A stretch of DNA of 21,251 nucleotides from Candidatus Eiseniibacteriota bacterium (GTDB lineage Bacteria; ARS69), in NCBI GenBank assembly GCA_052390515.1, contig JBQTGV010000161.1, positions 1 through 21,251 of the forward strand. The letters are read 5' to 3'. Shown here piece by piece: positions 15,911-21,251 of the stretch (position 1 is the first letter of the stretch; every line of letters starts with the position of its first letter). The notes under the pieces were generated by a model that saw nothing but the letters and a program-made list of their open reading frames with translations, was not told where the DNA came from and ran no database searches. The translations under genes and the position numbers were made by a program.

Positions 15911-17435
15911 CTCGATTCGAGAAGAAGATCACGGCCAGTCCGGCGACGAGTCCACCCACGATGGCGGGTTCCACGAGCGGGTGCTGCTTCTGCGCTTCGA
16001 CTGCGGTGCCCTTCGCCTTGGGGTAGCCCTCGGATCGGGGCACCCGCGAGGCCACCACCGACTCCTCGTCGTCGCCCTTGGCGACGGAGGACCACGTCGG
16101 AGCGTCCCCTCCCGGCATCGTGAGCTCGAGCTCCACGTCGACGGAGGCGGCACGGTCGACCGTCTTCGGTCCGACCCATCGCGACCGGCGTGCGCGGAGA
16201 ATCGTGTAGTCGGAAGCGCGGACCTCGTACTCGAGCAGCGGTTGACGGGGCGGCACCCCGATCCCGCGCTCGGCCAGCGCCTTCTTCTTCTCTTCGTCCA
16301 AATCGGGTGGTATTTCCGGAAGGGGTTTCTGCGCATCCACGCTGTAACCCCGACGCCGGACGGCTTCGGCGAGAACTCCCGAGACCACGTCGTCGGCTTC
16401 GTGACCCGCCCGACCGCGTACCACCACCGTGTCTCCCAGCCCCGAGGGCAGCGTCTCGAGACCGGCCTCCAGTGCTTCGACCAATACGTCCTCGTAGAAC
16501 TCGCGCGGGCTCCGGGCCATCTCCGGCTCGGCAGCGTCCGGCGACCACGCGGGGGCCCATCGAACCCCCAGGCGGTGGCTGGCGCTGAGAGTGCCGTCGC
16601 GGAAGGAGTAGTCGAGATCGAGCCCGGGGCGAACCCGGAGGCCCATCCCGGCCGCCCAGGGTTCGCGCGCACCGTCGGGCTCTTCGCCCACCCTGCTGCC
16701 GGCGCGCAGCGCGAGGCGCCGCCAGAGGCGGTACTCCGCTCCGAGAACTCCGACCAATCCCGGGCCGTGCTCCCACAGAACCTCCGAGTCCACACGGAGT
16801 TCCCCGAACGTGGACCCCAGCCCGAACGCAGCCTGCGTGGGCAGCCGCTCGTCGACCCCGTCGACGTAACCGAAGGCCTGACCGAAGTTCCGCACCGCGG
16901 CGACCACGTCCCAGCCTTCCTCCCAGCGGTAGTCGAGCCCGACGTCGCCGACGAGTCCGGCGGCATCCTCGCCGGCGAGGGAGCTCCGCACCAGCTTCAG
17001 GCCCACGCCGGCATGCAGGTCGTGGCGCAGAGGATACGCGGCGCCCACCCCCACGGCCAGATCCGATTGGTCGACCGGATCCTCTTCGGCGACGTTGTCG
17101 AACGCGGAGACCTCGAGCGAGCGGACCCCCAGGCCGACCGCCGCCCGTCCCACGGGCCAGGAGACTCCCGCGTGCCCGGCTCCCACGTCCTCCAGCCAGT
17201 TGAAGTACGTCGCGGCGACCTCGGCGCGCGGGACTCGGGAGAGCCGCGCCGGGTTCCACACCAGCGCGTCCACACCTTCGGCCATGGCAGTCCCGGCTTC
17301 GCCGAGCGCCTCGATCCGCGGGCTCGCTCCGAGGTTGAGGAACTGGAAGGCGCGGGTACCGGCACCGTCGGCGGCGGCGGTGACCGCATCGAAAGCGAGC
17401 AGTCCGACCACGAACGCCCCTACGAGAAGCTTCAC
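15897..17435 (-). CDS. PorV/PorQ (UPF0164)-like outer membrane beta-barrel fused to an uncharacterised C-terminal domain with a terminal hydrophobic helix
   Basis: GTG 17435; signal peptide MKLLVGAFVVGLLAFDAVTA; PorV-like plug motif FLNLGASPRIEALGEA..A.....A..WNPA; amphipathic strands ending LDYSF..SHRLGVRW; about 220 further residues ending EPAIVGGLVAGLAVIFFSNRDVGE. Confidence 0.8.
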   Translation of the reverse strand: MKLLVGAFVVGLLAFDAVTAAADGAGTRAFQFLNLGASPRIEALGEAGTAMAEGVDALVWNPARLSRVPRAEVAATYFNWLEDVGAGHAGVSWPVGRAAVGLGVRSLEVSAFDNVAEEDPVDQSDLAVGVGAAYPLRHDLHAGVGLKLVRSSLAGEDAAGLVGDVGLDYRWEEGWDVVAAVRNFGQAFGYVDGVDERLPTQAAFGLGSTFGELRVDSEVLWEHGPGLVGVLGAEYRLWRRLALRAGSRVGEEPDGAREPWAAGMGLRVRPGLDLDYSFRDGTLSASHRLGVRWAPAWSPDAAEPEMARSPREFYEDVLVEALEAGLETLPSGLGDTVVVRGRAGHEADDVVSGVLAEAVRRRGYSVDAQKPLPEIPPDLDEEKKKALAERGIGVPPRQPLLEYEVRASDYTILRARRSRWVGPKTVDRAASVDVELELTMPGGDAPTWSSVAKGDDEESVVASRVPRSEGYPKAKGTAVEAQKQHPLVEPAIVGGLVAGLAVIFFSNRDVGE

Positions 17436-19072
17436 CGGACGCCTCCCCTGGTGACCGCGACCTTGCGGGTCTCTTCCTCCCCGTCGACCTTGACCCTCAA
17501 CAGGTACACCGAGGAGGCCGCCGCCTCGCCGTCGCCGTTGCGTCCGTCCCACTCCACGAACCCGGCGCCCGAGAGGAGTCGCACGCGCCGGCCCGCGAGG
17601 TCGTAGACCTCGACAGATACATTCGCGTCGTCCGACTCCGCGCTGATCCGCACCGCCTCCCCGGCCAGCGGATCGAACCGGTTGCGATCCACGGCGACGA
17701 GATCCTCGCCGTGACGATCTGCCAAGAACACCTGCACGGTGTCCCTCCCGGCGACGATCCCGGTCGACCCGGTGATGATCACGTCGTGGGATCCCGCGCG
17801 CACGCCGTTCGTGGAAGTCACCTCGTAGAGCACGTAGTACGCGCCGGCGGCGACCTCGGTGGCGACCTCGCGTCCGACCGACCAGCCGTCGTCCAGTTCG
17901 CCGAAGTCCACGGTGATGTCGAGCCCGGTCAGGTTCCACAGCGTTCCGATCTCCAACGAGTCGCCGTCGGCGACGACGCCGTCCGCGTCCACCAGCGTCG
18001 AGGAGATCGGCACGGGAAGCACCGTGTCGTAGGCGACGACGACGGAGTCGACCGTGGCGTGGCCGTAAACGTCCAGGGCGCGCAGCACGACGCGACGGAA
18101 GCCAGGCAGGGGAGCGCCATCGTCGACGTCGACACGGAACGTGACGATCGATCCCGAGGAAGAGGCGGAATCGGCGAGGACGAACGTCTGCGACGAATCG
18201 AAGCTCGCCTCCACCCGCGCGACGGCGTCCTCGTCGATCGCCCGCCCGCGGATCGAGACGGGGAACGACGCCGTCTGCACCGTGTCCGGCGAATCGACGG
18301 TCAACGTGGGCGCGAGGCGGTCCACGGTGATCGACCGGCTCGCCGTGTCGGTGTTGCCGGCGAGATCCCTCGCGTCGGCGCGAAGCTCGTACGTTCCCGA
18401 CGCGACGAGAACTCCCGCCGTATTCTTCCCGTCCCATTCGACGGTCGCTGTGTCGGCGCCGGCGACGGTCCCGAGCGAGTCGATGCTCGCGGTGAGCTGA
18501 CGGACGCTCACCGTGGTGATCGTCGTCGAGTCGGAGATGACCTCGACGTCGGCGAAGAGCGGCGCCGCCTCCGGATCGAACGGGCTCGGGCCGACCAGAC
18601 CGAAGCTCACCATCGGTGGCGTCGAGTCGGCCTCCACGTCCGCCGAGGCGGACGCGGTCTCCGTCCCCTCGGTGACCTGGATCACGAAACGATACCGGTC
18701 GTCGCCGATCGCCCCGGGAGCCCAGGTCTGTCGGATCTCGACCCCGGCCGGACGGACCTCCCCGGAGATCAGGGTGCCGAACGGCATCCCGTCGAAGATG
18801 CGCATGACGTCGACGTCCACCGTCACCGAGGTGGCGGCGCCGGTCGGCGTGAAGATGACCTCGGTCTCGTCGTTCTGCCCGTCCCCGTCGGGCGAGAAGT
18901 GGCTGGGGTGGACCTCGATCCCGGTCACCCCCGGCGCGGCCCCGGCAGGCCCCGCGAACGCCCAGGCGAGCCACAGGAGGCCCAGGGAGCCCGAAAGGGC
19001 CCGATCAAGTCGCGGCCGGCGGACTCCGATGTTCGAGGGGCACCCATTCCTCGAGAAGGACGCCGCCCGCAT
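17432..19072 (-). CDS. Secreted multi-Ig protein with repeated FlgD-Ig/T9SS-CTD-like modules (start codon uncertain)
   Basis: C-terminal ~546 aa of ORF 17432..20809. Signal-like LGLLWLAWAFAGPAGA, then FSPDGDGQND, PSPFDP..WDGKN..G..V.SGTY and a terminal NRFDP..VYDLAGRRVRLL..WDGRN..G....S.VYLL..KVAVTR. Nearest in-frame canonical starts are ATG 19072 and GTG 19081. Confidence 0.78.
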   Translation of the reverse strand: MRAASFSRNGCPSNIGVRRPRLDRALSGSLGLLWLAWAFAGPAGAAPGVTGIEVHPSHFSPDGDGQNDETEVIFTPTGAATSVTVDVDVMRIFDGMPFGTLISGEVRPAGVEIRQTWAPGAIGDDRYRFVIQVTEGTETASASADVEADSTPPMVSFGLVGPSPFDPEAAPLFADVEVISDSTTITTVSVRQLTASIDSLGTVAGADTATVEWDGKNTAGVLVASGTYELRADARDLAGNTDTASRSITVDRLAPTLTVDSPDTVQTASFPVSIRGRAIDEDAVARVEASFDSSQTFVLADSASSSGSIVTFRVDVDDGAPLPGFRRVVLRALDVYGHATVDSVVVAYDTVLPVPISSTLVDADGVVADGDSLEIGTLWNLTGLDITVDFGELDDGWSVGREVATEVAAGAYYVLYEVTSTNGVRAGSHDVIITGSTGIVAGRDTVQVFLADRHGEDLVAVDRNRFDPLAGEAVRISAESDDANVSVEVYDLAGRRVRLLSGAGFVEWDGRNGDGEAAASSVYLLRVKVDGEEETRKVAVTRGGVR

Positions 19073-19508
19073 GCCCAGCACCCGCGAAATCCTCGACCAG
19101 ATGTTCGTGAACTTGGTGAAGATCAAGCTCGACAGCGACATCCTCGAGAAGATGATCCCGGTCGTGGACGGTCTGCTGGAGCGGCTGCGCGGCGGGCTCG
19201 ACCCGCAGACCGAGCAGTCCTGGAACCGGCTGCGCATCGCGCTCGCCGGGATGCTGGCCCACGGCTGGGCGCTGGGCATGAACCCCTTCAACAGTCCGAA
19301 CCGGTACAGCGACGGTGACAAGGTCGAGGTCCGCGTGTCACGAGACATCCTGGTGCCCATCGAGGTGCTCAAGTCGCTCCGGTACGTGAAGAAGGACGGC
19401 CGCGGCCGCGTCGAGAAGGCGTTGTTCGAGCCCAGCGCCGAGGTCCGCATCAAAGAGCAGATCGACCTCATGCTCCGGGACATCGAGAAGAAACATTGGA
19501 AGGAATGA
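19029..19508 (+). CDS. Hypothetical cytoplasmic protein (159 aa, or 145 aa from ATG 19071)
   Basis: 3' part of ORF 18513..19508. Strong G/C-ending codon bias and a normal Lys/Glu/Leu-rich composition from MFEGHPFLEK onward. GAGAAGGA precedes ATG 19071. No family recognised. Confidence 0.75.
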   Translation: MFEGHPFLEKDAARMPSTREILDQMFVNLVKIKLDSDILEKMIPVVDGLLERLRGGLDPQTEQSWNRLRIALAGMLAHGWALGMNPFNSPNRYSDGDKVEVRVSRDILVPIEVLKSLRYVKKDGRGRVEKALFEPSAEVRIKEQIDLMLRDIEKKHWKE

Positions 19509-19583
19509 GGGCGCCCGCACCCGCCGGCATCCAGCGCTGACATCCCCCTCGGGAGGGAACCTGCGGGGCTTCGAGACGGATCG

Positions 19584-19612
19584 ATCCTAGGACCGCCCCC
19601 GTCCATCGTCAA
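19584..19612 (-). promoter_or_regulatory. Leftward sigma70-type promoter
   Basis: Minus strand TTGACG (19612-19607), 17-bp spacer, TAGGAT (19589-19584), intergenic. Confidence 0.65.
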
Positions 19613-19648
19613 GGGGCGAACGCGTCGACCGGCTACCCATCCTGCGTC

Positions 19649-19678
19649 TTGACAACGAGTTGGGCGAGGAGCTAGCGT
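19649..19678 (+). promoter_or_regulatory. Rightward sigma70-type promoter
   Basis: TTGACA (19649-19654), 18-bp spacer, TAGCGT (19673-19678), 30 bp before ATG 19709. Confidence 0.55.
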
Positions 19679-19708
19679 TCCGGCGTGGCCGTCCGCGACG
19701 GAGGCGTG

Positions 19709-20257
19709 ATGAAGCTCGTCGCCCGCACCTTCCTTCTGCTGGCTCTGGGCGCGGCCGCCGCTCGGGCCGCTCCCGGCGACGTCGCCGCCCCGCCTCCCAG
19801 CCCGGGTCCTCTCGAGGACCGGCGCATCGGGGAGGACGTCCTCGGCTCGACGAGCAACCCCGTGCGCGCCGTCCCGCAGGCTCTCTGGATCGACGGCACG
19901 GTGGTCGACGCGCAAGGGGCCCCGATCGAGGGCGTGCTGGTCAAGCTCTTCGCCAACGGGATCGTGCGCGGAACCGCGCGCAGCGCGAACGACGGCACGT
20001 TCTCCCTGGAGGGCAACCCGCCGGTCGGCGGCAACAACTCCTCGGTGATCTGGTTCCAGAGTCCGGCGCCGGAACGGCTGCTCGACTCGCACGTCGTCCT
20101 CTACGCCGGCGACGTCGCGCGGGCGAAGAAGCTCTTCCCGGAGTGCGTGCAGCGCGTCACCATCGCCGGGAACACCGCCACGGTCGAGGTCACGCTGCTC
20201 TCGGAGGCGGAGCGCTTTGCGGCCCTCGAAGCCTCGGGCTGCCTGGACCGGCACTGA
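19709..20257 (+). CDS. Secreted protein with a carboxypeptidase-regulatory-like (prealbumin-like) domain
   Basis: GGAGG RBS at 19700-19704; signal peptide MKLVARTFLLLALGAAAARA; Pro-rich linker; IDGTVVDAQGAPIEGVLVKL..TARSANDGTFSL pattern. Confidence 0.75.
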   Translation: MKLVARTFLLLALGAAAARAAPGDVAAPPPSPGPLEDRRIGEDVLGSTSNPVRAVPQALWIDGTVVDAQGAPIEGVLVKLFANGIVRGTARSANDGTFSLEGNPPVGGNNSSVIWFQSPAPERLLDSHVVLYAGDVARAKKLFPECVQRVTIAGNTATVEVTLLSEAERFAALEASGCLDRH

Positions 20258-21251
20258 CCGCACCGCCGCCGCTGAGCACGTCCATGGATCGAAGCCGCGC
20301 TTCGGCGAGTTCCCGCCACTCCCCCGGCGAACCGCTCTCCAGCAGGTCCCGGTAGCACGCGCGCGCCTCCTCGTAACGGCCGAGCTCCGACCACAGGATC
20401 TCCGCGCGGCGGATGGCGGCGAGATCCGCGATCGGTCCCGGCGCCGCGATGGCCAGCGTCTCCCGGTAGATCTCCGCCGCCTCGCCCGGTCGGCCCGCGG
20501 CCTGGAACTCCTGCGCCAGGCGCAGCAGCTCCCGCGCGGACAGGTTGCAGCCCAGTCCGTACACGCGCATCTCGCGGTGCAGCGAAGCCGCCTCCACCAC
20601 GTCGCCGCGCTCGCGGGCGGCATGGAACAGGCGCAGGTACTCCGCGGCCGCTTCGCCCTGGCTGCCGAGCAGCACGAGGCAGCGCGCGCGCATGCGGCCC
20701 GCCTCCCGATCGGACGGCACGATCTCGAGATGCGAGGTGAGCTCGCCGCACGCCGCGTACCAGTCGCTCCGCTCGAAGTAGCGTCGGCCGCGCTCGAAGT
20801 GGATCTCACGGCGCGGTCCGCGGTGCAGGCCGAGGAGCAGCGCGATGAACATGCCCGCGACGAATCCGCCGGCGTGCGCGGCGTGAGCCACCGGCGCGCC
20901 GCCGGCGTCCCAGGCCACGCCGAGCTGCACGACCTGCAACACGAACCACAGCAACGTCGCGACGACCGTGTTCACGAACGAGACGCCGCCGCGCGTCAGC
21001 CCGCCGAGGAGAGCGAAGACGAACCACAGGACGCGCACGCGCTGGTGATGGAAGCGCACCAGGGTGGCACCGAGGATCGCGGCGACGCTGCCCGAGGCGC
21101 CGACCAGCGGCAGGTCTCTCGACCACGAACCCTCGGGGGTGAGCCACGCCTGGAACCAGCACGAGACGACGCCGCCCAGCACGAAGAACGCCGCCAGCGG
21201 AGCGAAACCGAGGCGAGCCTCGAGCTGCCTGCCGAAGATCCACAGGTAGAG
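20190..21251 (-). CDS. Rhomboid intramembrane serine protease with C-terminal TPR domain (5' partial)
   Basis: Frame is open to the window edge: LYLWIFGRQLEARLG, catalytic VGASGS, AHAAHAGGF catalytic His, followed by TPR-like helices. Confidence 0.9.
   Translation of the reverse strand, partial: LYLWIFGRQLEARLGFAPLAAFFVLGGVVSCWFQAWLTPEGSWSRDLPLVGASGSVAAILGATLVRFHHQRVRVLWFVFALLGGLTRGGVSFVNTVVATLLWFVLQVVQLGVAWDAGGAPVAHAAHAGGFVAGMFIALLLGLHRGPRREIHFERGRRYFERSDWYAACGELTSHLEIVPSDREAGRMRARCLVLLGSQGEAAAEYLRLFHAARERGDVVEAASLHREMRVYGLGCNLSARELLRLAQEFQAAGRPGEAAEIYRETLAIAAPGPIADLAAIRRAEILWSELGRYEEARACYRDLLESGSPGEWRELAEARLRSMDVLSGGGAVSAGPGSPRLRGPQSAPPPRAA

Noticed and set aside
14485-18974. Long N-terminal extensions of rng (to 15267), nadD (to 15815) and the PorV-like gene (to 18974)
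   Set aside because: Off-frame overlaps with upstream genes. Each true start forms a GTGA overlap with the preceding stop codon.
19082-20809. N-terminal extension making a 1125-aa protein (17432..20809)
   Set aside because: Ser/Arg-rich antisense reading of two plus-strand genes plus an off-frame reading of the rhomboid gene. It crosses promoters and precedes a signal peptide.
1-21251. CRISPR arrays, tRNA/rRNA, IS elements, integrases, defence systems
   Set aside because: No regularly spaced repeats, cloverleaf or rRNA signatures, or recombinase/nuclease motifs were seen, and intergenic gaps are at most about 200 bp.

Overview
High-GC (roughly 70% by eye) chromosomal region from a diderm, LPS-producing bacterium, almost entirely on the minus strand. 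The PorV-like and FlgD/T9SS-CTD-like proteins suggest an FCB-superphylum relative such as Eisenbacteria, Krumholzibacteriota or Latescibacterota (inference only). In transcription order, right to left: a rhomboid-TPR protease (5' partial); two small plus-strand hypothetical genes; a translationally coupled run of multi-FlgD/CTD-like secreted protein, PorV-like barrel fused to an extra C-terminal domain, bamD, nadD and RNase E/G; an apparently inserted NHL-repeat secreted protein; rplU-rpmA; kdsB-pyrG-kdsA-kdsD; and lpxL-lptC-lptB-rpoN-hpf-hprK-ptsH (3' partial). I saw no mobile element, CRISPR array, tRNA or rRNA. The best leads are: (1) the CTD-repeat protein / PorV-fusion / bamD module; (2) a sigma54 -24/-12 site abutting a sigma70 promoter in front of the operon containing rpoN; (3) a leftward promoter that must read antisense through an orphan gene to reach its operon; (4) a KdsA with substituted substrate-binding motifs, in a cluster lacking kdsC and lptA. 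All family assignments come from motif recognition, not database searches.
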